Origin: Monocercomonoides exilis PA203
Taxonomy: Eukaryota; Protista; Preaxostyla
Length of the DNA stretch: 64,000 nucleotides
Assembly: GCA_001643675.2 (NCBI GenBank)
Contig: LSRY02000001.1
Span: forward strand, 124,001 to 188,000
Direction of reading: 5' to 3'
Below the pieces are notes generated by a model. That model worked only from the letters and a program-made list of their open reading frames with translations. It did no database searches and had not been told where the DNA came from. The position numbers were made by a program, and so were the translations under genes. Positions 36,901-49,459 of the stretch are shown here, piece by piece (within the stretch, counting starts at the first letter, position 1; each line of letters opens with the position of its first letter).

Positions 36901-37597
36901 GTTGTTTGTTATTAGCGAATCCTCTTCAGTCAAATTTGATACAGTTGAGATCAATAAAGTGAGCATGACAGACGGAGCAGTAATTAGCATTAGAGATGCC
37001 ACTGATAAAGCTTCGACTGTTAAAATAGAAGGATTGACCATGAATGAAGTGAAATCAGCGAATGGATTGTCTGCTGGTATTATGATCAAGATGGCTGATA
37101 ATGGTTCAAAAGTGGAAATGGGAAGAGAAAAGAAATGTTCATTCAAGTCGTGCGAAGCAGAAAAAGGAGATTCAGGAGCTATTTTCATTGAGATGAAGGA
37201 GATAGTTTCTAATTTGAAACTTCCAGGTGAAGGCAAACTTGAATTTGATAACAACAACAAAGGGAAAGATTCATCGGTTGCATCGTTGTGTATTATTGCG
37301 CCGGACTTTGATGAGTACAGCAAGCAAGAAGATGCATTTGGGTTTGCGAAGGATTACAACGATGATAATAAAGGATGGATTGTCGGAGCAAAAAAAGAAG
37401 GTGACAATCTTGAAGATGTGTATGAGAAATACCTGAAGCACAAAGAACCGAAAGATGAGCCAGAACCAGAAAAGAAGAAGTCAAATGCGGGAACTGTAGT
37501 TGCTATTGTTGTTCCTATTGTGGTTGTGGTGATTGTGGTAGTTGTTGTGATTATTGCGATTATTGTTGTCAGGAAGAAAAGGTCTCGGAACAACTAA
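33978..37597 (+). CDS. Type I membrane surface protein with beta-helix repeats, copy 2 (apparent frameshift at 35270-35275); ~1206 aa when corrected
   Basis: Mirror copy of 30044-33663. ORFs 33945-35333 and 35330-37597 join if A6 is read as A7, as in the other arm. Confidence 0.85.
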
Positions 37598-38958
37598 AAA
37601 ATGGAGGAGTGAAACCAATAATTGTTGTTAATGCATATTGACAAAGAAAAGTTACATGCTTATTGTTTTTTCTATTTTGATTTTATTCATAAGTTAAACC
37701 AGTTAAGCTGATATTTTGCATTTTTATTGATATGCTTGTTTGTTGTCACCAAATGAGCAATATTTTCAATTTTTCCTTATTTAGTTATCTTTTCTTTTGT
37801 TTTTTTTATTTTCAAGTTTTATTATATATTACATTTTCTGGCGCAATGCCATGCACTATTTTCATCGTTGAGGCTGTTATCAGTCTCGATTAATATATTA
37901 GGATATAATTTGTATATATTTTGTAATATTCAAGTAGATCAAATTGTGAACAAGATCGAGAACTTGTGTTATTGTTTCCTTTTTGAAATAGTCCTACATT
38001 ATTCTTTAAAAACAGTTGATCATGTTAGAATGTTGATACTGAATATTAAAAAGAATATAACATTAGATTAATATATTTCCAAAAAAATACGAAGATGAAA
38101 TAAAGAATGGTGATGGAGTGAAAGAAGATAAAGAATAAGAAAAAGATGATGATGATAATTGTATTGATATATCCATTTTAATCTCTCTTATATCTTTTTG
38201 TGTTTTGTATTCTTTTGATTCTCTTGCTTTGTGTGTTTGGAATAGAATCTGCTTATCTTTATCATTTCCATTGTTATTTATTGTTTCATTTGAATACAAC
38301 ATGTTTTTGCTACTATTCCACATATTCTTTACACTTCTTCATTTTGAAAGAGATAAATGACAAAAATCACGACTTTTTGAATCAAATATAGAATGAGATT
38401 GAAAAAGTGAAGGGAAAAGAAGCAGCAAATAAGAACAGGTGGAAAAGGAAGAGAACGAAGAGAAAAAAAAAGATATTGTTGTTATTGTTGTTGTGTATTC
38501 ATTTGATTCATATCATCGCAAATGATACGAGGTATGTCATCTTTCTCTTAATATTCCTTGACAGAATCGTGATTGTTCAATTTTGCAATGACAAATAAAC
38601 TCAACTCTCAACATGCTACATCAAATTACTGTTCATTGGACACTTGTTTTCAAAAAGAAAAGAAAAAAAAAAATGAAAAAAAAAGTGTTGGATAGCAATT
38701 TCCTACTAATGTTGTGATCAAAGCGAAAAAAATATATTATTCAATTGAAATTTTTTGAAATTTGAGTTGAAATAAACAAATAAATAAACGAATAATGATA
38801 TTTAATATAAATAATCATTAACGAACAATATTTCTTTCATATATTTGAAAAATTGTTTGATTACAAAACAAAATTGAAAATTTATCAAATTAAAAACTCT
38901 CTGAACTTCGAATTTTTATCAAATTTTTGCTTTATAATTTCTCTTGATTTTTTATTTA

Positions 38959-39971
38959 TAGGGCTATAATTTTATCTTGACCTTTTTTCTTTATCTTGAC
39001 CTTTTTCTTTTTTATTAAACTTTCAGCTATACACAAGCTTGTGATAAATAAAAAATAATCAGAAATGTTTGAAATGTTTTTATTTCCTTATTCTGTATTT
39101 TTTTTTCAATATTTCTTTTTTTTCAAAAAGATCGAGGATTATAATAATTTTATGTTTTGATCATTGGCTTGCTGCTTTTCCAGCGAATATTTTTTATAAG
39201 AAGTTTTAGGCTTTTATATCATAATACATCGTTTATTTTTTATAAGTTGAACTTGTTTTAAACTTTCTCAACTTGTTTTTTTAACATTATTTTCATTTCA
39301 CTCATTTTTTCAAAAAACACGATTTTAAGGACAAATATGAATTTGTTTTTAAATTTATTGAAACGACAAATAAACATTATTAAAATAAAAAGATTCTTGT
39401 TTATTAAAATGATAAATTATTTGTATATGTTTCGTAATTTGAATAACAAAAAAATCATATACACTTGCTTTTTTATTCAAATTTTTGAGAAGTTCCTTTT
39501 CATTTCAAAATTAAACACAAATAAACGATAATAAAGACTTTGTGTATTTTTTTCATTTAAATAAAATTTGACACAAACACTTGTTTATTAAAAAAATCGT
39601 GTTTTAAGCAAAAACTGTGAAATGAGAAAAAAAGGTCAAAAATTAAATTGAAAAAGTTAAAAACAAGTCAAAATAATAATATAGGAGTGAAGAATTGTAA
39701 TGCTATTGCTTAAAACGTTCAGTATGAAATATTGGTGTCACAGCCAGCAAGTCTTTGATCTGGGTCCTAAAATAATAAAAATTTTTAATTTTTTTTGGTA
39801 CATAAAAATACCAAATTTTTTTTCCACAGAATTCTGAAAAACATAAATATCAAGAAGTCTATTAATTTTGTTTTTGTTTTTAACCTTTTCATAAATCAAA
39901 AAAGCAAAAATAAGTTTCAAAAAAATAGGGTTGAGATAAAAAATTGAGGTCAAGATAAAATTAGCACCCTA
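38959..39971. mobile_element. MITE-like non-autonomous element with TAGGG...CCCTA termini
   Basis: Left end TAGGGCTATAATTTTATCTTGACC versus reverse complement of the right end TAGGGTGCTAATTTTATCTTGACC (21/24). Subterminal TTATCTTGACC repeats, very AT-rich non-coding interior, no convincing 8-bp TSD. Confidence 0.78.
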
Positions 39972-40365
39972 TCTGTTATGGCTGATTCGAAAATATAGCT
40001 GTTTGTTTGAATAAGCATCCACTCATCGAATTAAAAGAGTGTTTATTATTATTATATCAAATCATTAGAATGTAAATTATTAATTCACCTTTCCTCCATC
40101 CGATAACTTTTCTTTTTGTTTGTGATTTGCTCTTGAATAATCTTTAATAGTTTTATTTTACGCATCACGATAACTTTTAGTACAACGTTTTTTATTCAAA
40201 TCTGAAAAAATAATTCTCCATTTTTTCACTTTTTGTTGAGAAATAGAAGATAATCAATCATTGATGCAAGAAACTTTAAGGTTAGAGTCAGTCTTCATTT
40301 AATATTTCACAAAAAATGAACCTTTTTCTCCATTCCCTTTTTGAAACAAAAGAACTTTCAATAAA

Positions 40366-42642
40366 TCAGACATAATACTCGAAATACGACTTCTTCTTTG
40401 CCTGTACTTCAGCAACACCTGCCACAAAATCTTCGTGCATTAATTCTGTTCCTCCTCTTCTTAATGCAATCATCCCTGCTTCCACACACACAGCCTGAGC
40501 GGAAATAAAAGTTTTTGTTTTAAAATGACAAAATTCACAAAATAAGAAAATAATTACGAATTATCATACAAAAATTATCAACATATAAATGCATTAAAGA
40601 ATTATACCTTCAACTGCGCTCCATTGAAATCGTCTGTCATTCGTGCTATTTCTTCAAAATTGACATCTGGATTCACATTCATTCGTCTGGAATGGATCTG
40701 TAATTGATAACGGTTATCAGTTGAAGATTTTTTTCATTTAATAATAATAAAAAGTGTTCATGAAATATGAAATATTCCAAGGAAAAAAAATATCACATGT
40801 TTAATAACAAAAATATGGATCAAACGTAATTAGATAAGCATACAAACAGAATCAAAAAATAATATTCATACCTGTAAAATTTGTTCTCTTGCTTTTAGAT
40901 TAGGCAGAGGAAGTTCAATTTTTCTGTCAATTCTTCCTGATCGCAGGAGCGCAGGATCCAACACATCCACTCTGTTAGTAGCAGCAATAACTTTAATCAT
41001 GTCATTTTGCGTAAACCCGTCAAGCTGATTCAGAAGCTCAAGCATTGTTCGCTGCACTTCTCGATCGCCTGACCTGTCAGACTCCACTCTTTTCGTGCCA
41101 ATCGCATCCAGCTCATCAATGAAAATAATTGTTGGCTCCTGAAATGAATTAAAAAATAAAACAATTGAATGAATTTTTTGTGTGGAAGATTTTATAAATT
41201 TTGAATCATGAACATCGCAAACAGTATTCACAATAATAAGAAAATATATTTAAAAAAATATCTTTAATGAAAAGAAATAATTCAAAAATTGCAAGCCTTT
41301 TCCTTTGCCAAAGCAAATGCATCTCTGACCATTTTGGCTCCGTCTCCCACATACATCTGCACCAGTTGCGAGGCAGCTAATTTCAGAAAAGTTGCCTTTG
41401 ACTTCGCAGCCACAGCACGAGCCATCAAAGTCTTCCCTGTTCCTGGTGGACCATACAGCAGCACACCCTGATGAAGAAATATGTTTAAAAAATTACAATT
41501 TTTGAATGAAAAAGGAATATTTTATTTTATTTTATTTTAAAAAAGAAAATGCAAAGTTATTTTTGGTAAGATAAACTAAGCTTCACAAACCTTTGGTGGC
41601 CTAATTCCAACTTTAATAAAAAGATCCATATGCTCCATTGGCATAACAACAGCTTCAATTAATTCCTATGGAAAAGCACAAACAGCAAAGTTATTAATGC
41701 TATTTTATAATAGTTGTTTTTAAAAAAAACCTCAATTTGCTTATCTAATCCTCCAATTTGAGTAAAGTCCTCCTTTGGCCTTTCGTCAATTTCCATTGTT
41801 TTCACGCGAGAGTCATATTCTGGTGGCAGCTTTTCTATAATAAGGTGCGTATCTTTATTTGTTCCAACCAGATCTCCAGGATGAAGTTCAGATGGATCAA
41901 CCAATCCAATTTCAGGAAGGAAAAATGTTTGCCTTTGAGATGATTTAACAACTGCACATTTGTGAGGTTTAGAAGGAGGAGGTTTTGTTGCAGGACCGCC
42001 TTTGGCTTCTCGTGCAGCTGAAGAAAGGGAGGTGTATTCAGAACTTGTTGACCCAGCAAATGAACGAGGAACAGGTCCCATGTCTAAAAAAATTAAATTA
42101 AAACAGGATTAATAAAACGGTTGTTCAATAGACATCAATAATATTTTATTTTTGTTTTATCGTACCATCAAACTCAGAGGGAAGATCCAAAATCTAAGGA
42201 AAAACAACTATTGCTCAAAACGCTTCATAAAAATAAAAATGAAACATGCCTCAACAATGCTTGAAACTTGGTAAGGAAGATCTTTGTTAAGATTAATTTT
42301 TTGAATGTTTTCTTTCATTGTATCCTTCATATTTTGTATTTCATATTTTATTCTTGAAATGGTGGTGACATTAACTCTTGTTTCTGTTCTAATGGCATCT
42401 GCCCTTGATTTAATATCGGAAATAGATGCTATTGAATTAGGAATCGAATAGTTATATATTTTAAGCAAAGTGTATTTTATTCAGTTGATTAATTATGAAA
42501 ATAGTGCAACAAAGCAAAATTTGACAGCGGAAAAATAATATTTCATAAACGAAAAGAATAATCTTAAAAACAAGCCTGTTTGCAACCATCCTTCAGTTTC
42601 ATCTGCTTCTTTCTCTTCTGGCAGTAATTCATCTTTTTCCAT
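40366..42642 (-). CDS. RPT5: 26S proteasome AAA-ATPase subunit Rpt5 (6A/PSMC3), 9 exons
   Basis: [93 protein letters not shown] and a C-terminal HbYX motif YYV. Eight introns can be placed. Confidence 0.97.
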
Positions 42643-42846
42643 TGAGTTTTTATTGTAAATTAAAGAAAATTATTGCAATAGTTATGGGTCATAAAACCAA
42701 AATAGGTAAAGTGAAATGGCATCGCTATTTCAAATATATTAGAAAATAAAAGAAATATATATGAAGACAAAATTAAAAATATTCATAAAAACAACATTTG
42801 TATGAGATTGCGAAATGAACAACCAACTGTGAAGTGAATCTCCTTT

Positions 42847-44399
42847 TCACTTTGATTTCTTTTTCTTTTTTGTTTGAGGCGACGGAGCAGCTTCTCCATC
42901 TGTGTCTGCCTCATTAGTTGGTGATGGTTGTGGAGAAGGACTGCGCGAAGTGGATTGAGATGATGCATTTAGTTCATTCATGCTTATTCCAAGTTGTTGG
43001 CTGATCTGTATTACCCCCAAAAAATTTGAAATGATATGAAAAATTTAACCAAATTTTTAAAAAATAAAATAAAAAGAAAAGAAACCTTCTTCATGATTGT
43101 TTCTTTGTGCCTCAAAAGCAAAACAGAAAGCTCTTCTTTCGAGTCTTGTAGTGACTTTGTAATTGCTTCTGTGACCAGCCTTTGTACCCTCTCTGAAATG
43201 GATGGAATAAAAAAAATAATATACAAACAAAAGAAAGTGAGTTTTGAACGCAATTTGATAAAACATCAATGAACAGATTTCAATCAAGATTAATACGAAA
43301 TAAAAGTTAAAAAAAATAAAATGAATTACAACAAAAAGTGAAAGCATAATGAAGAATGTTAAATGAACAAGCAATTTTCAAACCTTCTGGAGTCTCTTTA
43401 TGCTCTTCTTCAGTTGGTGACGGAGGAGGCGTAGGAGGTTTCGGATGGGCTTCAGAAAACGGGACAAGCTTTGCAGGTGTCACAATCTGTCTTGTGACAG
43501 TCTGCTTAGGAACACAGCGCCTTGGATGAGTAGTGACATATTTATAGAGCTTGAAATGTCGTAGAAATCTGTTTTAAAAAAGTTTGTGTTAAAACACATT
43601 GAATTGCGTAATTGACAAAATAAAATGGAAAAAGATGCACCAATTAAAAACAATTGATTGAAAATAAAGATTATTATACCCAGTTGTAACATAACGAATA
43701 GCATTTTCAATTTCGCTTGGCGATAAAACGACTTCAACAGGAATTCCTTCATTGACATTTTGTTTTGTTATCTCCACCAGAGGTATTTCCTCTTTTATTT
43801 CTTGTTTTTCTTCTTCCTTCTCTTTCTCAGCCTTCGAAGTCTTTTTATTTGTTTTCCCTGTTTTTTTGCCTTTTTCATTTTTTTCTTTTGGAGCTGGCTC
43901 TTCTGGAGGAATTTCCTCTGGAGGTGGAGTTGGAGGAACTTGAGGAGCTGGATCCATTTGAATCACAGTTGGCTTTGGAGAAGTACTTAAAGATGAGGCA
44001 GCAAGTAATTGAGAACGAAGAACCAACACGCATTGCTCAAGCGTTGTGGATCCTGCTTCTTTGTAAAATTTTAGCATCAAATTCATAAAATAAAGCGAGC
44101 CAGGGGTTGAAAATTGCTGCGCAGATACAAATCCAATAACATCAATGCAAAAATCAATAAAAATAGCTTTCCCCAGTGTTTCATCACAATTTTCAAGTTC
44201 TATAAAATAGAAAATGATAAGAATCATGGAATTTATTCGTGAACATACCGAAATATTGCGGAAGAACAATAGTTAATTCATCTGGCTCCATTGTAGGAAA
44301 AACACTTGCACATTCCCAATCAAATTCTTTGGTTAATAAATTTGGTGACCATAATGTCGATTCCCAATTAACCTCCGTTGAAGAGCTTGGGCAAGACAT
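42847..44399 (-). CDS. CFAP119/C1a-32 (CCDC189)-like flagellar central-pair protein, multi-exon
   Basis: FIDFCIDVIGFVSAQQFS and LSPSEIENAIRYVT spliced to FLRHFKLYKYV, the family-type motif. Confidence 0.7.
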
Positions 44400-44564
44400 T
44401 CTTCAAAAAAAACAAACGGAAAAGTTTGAATTGAGGTCAAGATCAGTTTTTCGAAACAAAGAAAAATGTTAAAAACGATTATTTATTGAATGTTTTGTAA
44501 TTAATTTTTTAAAAAATAATTGTATTTTATATTTGGAAAAATAATTAAAAAAAAATTTCTTTTC

Positions 44565-47498
44565 TTAACCTCTACTTAAATTCACTCCCTTTCCAGTCCA
44601 TAATTCCTTTAATTCAACAGAACAACCCAAATCCCTCAATGCTGCATGAACCGCCTCGTGGAAATTTCTCCACAAAGTTATATCTTTTCTTTGCTGAGGA
44701 GTAGATGGAGTTTTATCTTTTTCTCTTTTAGCTGCTTCATAAAGTGGTCTCAGAATTTTTTCTGCCCCATTCTTCAGAAATGTCTCTTTCAACGCAGTTG
44801 CTGACGACAAATGCACAGCAGAAGCAGTAGACGCTGAAGAAAGCGAGGAAAGCGACATGGAGTTCCGAATGATGTAGCACAGATGTGTCATTACAGGCAG
44901 TGAAGCAGTATCAGCAGAACCTGAACTTTGCTGCAGTGCTTCGAGAGAAAGAAGAATAGAGCCGACAAAATCGATGCCGTCGTCAGGAATCGAAGAAGTG
45001 GGCGTTGAAGACGACGATGAAGACGAAGATGATGAAGAAGAATGCTCTACAAGTCGATTGGTTGTTTCTCTGTTGCGGAGGAGAAGCGACGAAAGAGCAG
45101 CAGCAGCACCTTCAGCGATGGACATGAGAGAAGGAGAAAGAATTGTGAGAGGAAGGAAGGGCTGTGATTGAGAAGAAGAAGAGGAGGAGGAAGAGGAGGA
45201 AGAAGAAGAAGAAGATGATGCTGAAGAAGGAGCAGGCTTTGGTGGGAACAAAGTTGTGATTGTTTGGATGAGTGACAGCAAAGTCATTCCAACATCGCAG
45301 ACAGGAATAGAAGTGGCAGATGAATCTATTTCAATAGAAGACAACGACGATGATGACTCGCCAAAATGCTCTGGATGGACAGAAAGGACTCTTTTCGCAT
45401 CGTCGCTGTGGTTGAGCGCCTTGATCAGCTGCAAAGTGGATGACAGCACATTCAGAGCAGCACTCAGCATCACACGCGACAGAAGGGAAGAAGGTTGGTC
45501 CGCTGTTTCTTTGGATTTTGTATCGCTCTCTTTATCTTTATCTTTATCTTCTTCTTCGTCTTCTTCTTTTTTCTCGTTTTCTTTCTCGTTTTGAGTTTCG
45601 GCTGCCTCTTCATCTTTCTTTTTCTGCTGCGAAAGCTCTCTTTTTTGGGCTGAGTGTATCCATCTCAATAGAGAAAGGCCATCTCTCAAAGTGGCTGTGA
45701 TTAAATGCACAATTGTTGGCTCACAAGAAGAAAGATAAGAAGAAGAAGATGATGAAGATGATGATAACTGTGCTGTCTGAGAAGAAGCATCCAAAATGCT
45801 CAAAGTTGTGCCTTTCACCGGCGAATCTGCAGAAGAAGCAGAAGAACACAAGGAATGGCAGACAGGAGCCAGCAGACAGAATGAAGACGCAAAAGAGTTG
45901 AGAAGCGTCGAATGCAAACGGAAAGTGGCTGCGACAGCATTCGCACGGAGCGATGCTGACTGCTCATTTAACGACAGATAAAGCGCCAAAGGCGTGAAAA
46001 CAGAAGAATGTGCTGTTGTTGGGGTTGATTTGCCTGCCAAATGAAACGGCGGCGAAAGCGCTGCCCAATCTGGAATCACAGCAGATTCGCTTGTTTCTGC
46101 TTTCTTCTTCTTCTCATCATCTTCTTTTTCTTCTTCTCCTTTCTCCTCTTTTCCTTCCTTTTCTTTGACATTCTCAACCAAAAATCCCTTTCTGATGAGG
46201 CTGCTCAGCTTGTCAAAGAGTCCCTTGCTGCCCATCTCCTGTCTTGTCTGATGGCCTCTTCCAGCCGTCGCCCTCACATCGTCATCAGCTGTCAGCGTCT
46301 TCATCAGCACACACACATCAACCGCAGATGCAGCAAGAGGCATCGTCTGCATCGACGCAAAGGGACATGAGCTGGTCTCTTCTGAAGATGAACTGGAAGA
46401 TGCCTTCAAAACTTCCTCAACAAATTCTCTGAACTGTTTTTCCTCCTTTTCCACGCTCGTTTCTTCCCTCTTTTCGCTTCCCGACAGCGCCATTTCCTTT
46501 GCCGCCTTGTTTATGTGCGAAATAAGAAGCAACGAGCTTTTCAGTGCATCTAACAGTCCATAGCCAATGAAGTGGGTTCTGTGCTGTTCGTGCTTCTTGC
46601 ACCCAGCATTGATGCACTCAATGCATTGGTTTAACAGATATAACTTAGAATAGCATAAAGAGGTTGATGATGCTAATGAAAGTGCGGTTTGCTGAAGAGA
46701 ACGAAGAATGAAGAGAAGACGCAATGGATATGAAAGAACGGCCGATAAGGAAATTGAATCAACTTCTTTCTTTGCTTTTAACCAGCTGCTCTCTTCTTCA
46801 TCTGAATTGTCACTTTTTTTCTCTTTATTTTTTTCATCTTCAAATGTAATTGGTACGTATCTTTGAGTGTACGGAAGAGTTGTTTCTCTCGACATTGACG
46901 CACCAGATGTTGAAGGTAAAGTTGTTAGGTAGTCTGGCTGTGCTTTCAATAGAATCAAAAGAGCTTCAAAAGCAATGCGAGCAGAAAACAGTTGCTGAGG
47001 TTCTGAAAATGGAAAGCAGACATATTCAAGATAGATTATAATCAAGTGGATAAGATTATTCTCGCAGCACTTCAACGGAGAATCTGCAACACCACTTTCC
47101 TTTGGATCTTTTAAACATCTGACAATTTTAATCAAAATCATTGCAACTTTTGGGGAATTTTCTTTCCAATTTATGTCATTAAGTGATGCTTCTTTTGAAA
47201 TCAGTTTTTGAATCTCCGAAAGATGCTTTTCAAGCGGAGGAAGAAAATCATCGTCACTTGTGCCTGGAGGTAAATATATTCGCTTTATGTTTGATAGATC
47301 AACAGCTTCATGAAAAAGCATGCAATTTACAAGAATAAAATATCTCAATCAAAAAATATCACTTTTATTCAAACACATTCTTTCAAATTCGTTAACAGCT
47401 TCCGCAATGGCTTCATCTTCCTCCATGTCAAAATCCTCAATGTTTGATCGAACAGCTTCATTGAAAGCTTTTTGCGTTATTGTGCGTTTTGGTGGCAT
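44565..47498 (-). CDS. ARMC6: Armadillo repeat-containing protein 6 homolog (2 exons)
   Basis: N-terminal ITQKAFNEAVRSNIEDFDMEEDEAIAEAVNEF..VDLSNI, internal LTADDDVR and C-terminal AALRDLGCSVELKELWTGKG. Confidence 0.92.
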
Positions 47499-47559
47499 TT
47501 CCAAAAAATAACTTAAATGAAACCAATTGTTAATGGGTAATCATTTGAATTGATCAAAA

Positions 47560-49135
47560 ATGTCAAGTGCTTCCTGTTCTTCAACCGGGGTAGATATCCC
47601 AGATAATATTCACAAAAGATTGAGAGCTTTGAAGAAAATTCAAGATGAGCTTTCGGGACCTGAAGCAAACTATGAAAAAGAGAAAGCAGAAATTCTGAGT
47701 AAATATTCAAAGATTTTTGAAAACATATTCGAAACTCGCAAGAAAATAATCACAGGGGAATATGAACCTAAAGAAGAAGAATTGGCTCCTGTGGAATCAC
47801 TTCCTTTTGCAAAACCTGAAGATGGAAAAGATGAGCCATCATCATCCTCTTCTGCTTCTGAGAAAGAAGAAAGTGATAAGGGTATTTTGTTGTTTTTGCT
47901 GTCGTAGTTTATTTTATTATATTATTTTTATTGCAATTTATACAAAAAATATTTGATTTCTTTTATTTGATTTCAAAGTTAAAGGAGTTCATGGATTTTG
48001 GAAGCAATGCATTCGAGGTGCCCCAATGTTCAACAATGTAATTCACATGAGAGATCTAGATGCATTAGAATATTTGAGCGATATACATTTTGAAAAGGAA
48101 CTTCGAAGCGATGATGGAGCAGAAGAAGATGAAGATGAGGAAGATGAAAAATCAGAAAAGGAAGAAGAATCCAAAGAAAAAGATGATCAGACGAACCAAA
48201 AAAGTGCTCCTCGTGAATGCGAAACAGTCAGTGTTGTATTTGTTTTCGAAAAGAATCCGTACTTCAAAAATGAATCGTTTTCACTCACATTTCGGACTAT
48301 CAAAGAAGGCTCTCGATGGAATTATTCGTATCTTCCACCTGAAGTTGAAGAAGGCAAGCAATCTATTGAATGGAAGAAAGGAATGGAAATCGGGGTGTTC
48401 CAGCAGAAAGTGATGGTTGACAAGAAAGTGAAGGATTCAAAGGGGAAAAGTAAAGGAAAAGGTAAAGGAAAAGAAAAGAAGATCAAAGTGGAAGAAGAGA
48501 TTACCGTTGTGCGCCCTACATTTTTCGACATGTTTCTGAGTTTTGAAGAGTATGTAGAGAAGATGGACACAATGCAGGATGCTGCAGATAAATACAAGAT
48601 TTCAGCAGAATCAATCAAAGAAGAAGAGAAAATCTGGAAAAAGAAAGGATATCCATTTTTGCCTGAAATGAATTCGGAAAGCGGAGAAAAGAAAGGGAAA
48701 GGAAAAGACAAAGGAAAGAAGAAGCAAAAACCAGGAAAGCTTGAAGTGGACGAAGAAGACGAGAAAGAAGGAATCTACGAGATGGAAGCAGACAAGGACA
48801 AAGAGGTGATAGAAAGCGATGTGAGTGAGATGATGAGCAGCTATCTGATGATTGGGCTGTTTCTGGTGAATGAGCTGCTCCCGAATGCAATTGGATGGTT
48901 CACAGGCGAAGCGGTTGTGGAAATGGAAAAGAACGAGGAGGAAGAGAGCGATGATGATGATGATGATGATGACTCAGATGAGGATGAGGATGAGGACGAA
49001 GAGGAGGAAGATGAAGATGAAGAAGACGATGAAGACGATGATGATTCTGATGATGATAATGCAAAGGATAAGAAATCGAAAGCGAAAGCGAAAGGTGCAG
49101 AAAAAGAACTTCCTCCAGAATGCAAACAATCATAA
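47560..49135 (+). CDS. NAP1: Nucleosome assembly protein 1 (NAP1) family, 2 exons
   Basis: RLRALKKIQ, RKKIITGEYEP, GVHGFW, DLDALEYLSDI, FEKNPYFKN, IEWKKG, TFFDMF, AIGWFTGEA, an acidic tail and CKQS. Confidence 0.95.
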
Positions 49136-49459
49136 CAAATACACTTTGGTTTTTTAATTTGTTATTTTATTGATTTTTCTCAACTTCTCATTATCTTTGC
49201 TTCTTTTGTTAGATTTTAAAACAATTGAAGCTCTTTATTTTTTAACAATGCAAATGGAACGTATCTCTTTTTGAATGACAAAGAAGAAATAATTTAACTC
49301 ATTACAAATAGAATTTCTTGAATATTTTGAAAACTATCAAATGAAAAACTGATAGCAAGTTTTTTCTTGGAAGTTAAAAAAATCAATATTTTTTATTTTT
49401 AAAAATAGGAAGTGAGGTGAAGTGAAATTCAAAGATTGCAAAAAAGACAATCTATTTAT

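Larger units (their letters stand above)
29057..38585. repeat. 9.5-kb near-perfect palindrome (arms 29057-33807 and 33834-38585, 26-bp spacer)
   Basis: The ORF track is mirrored and the arms are reverse complements. Differences I found are one substitution (33363/34278) and three 1-nt homopolymer indels. Confidence 0.98.

Noticed and set aside
30318-37323. 335-aa antisense ORFs in the palindrome
   Set aside because: They are antisense to the surface protein, a codon-bias artefact with no motifs.
29057-38585. Large palindrome as a Polinton or foldback transposon
   Set aside because: There is no TSD, no integrase or polymerase and no defined terminal motif; the arms are simply a gene plus flanks.
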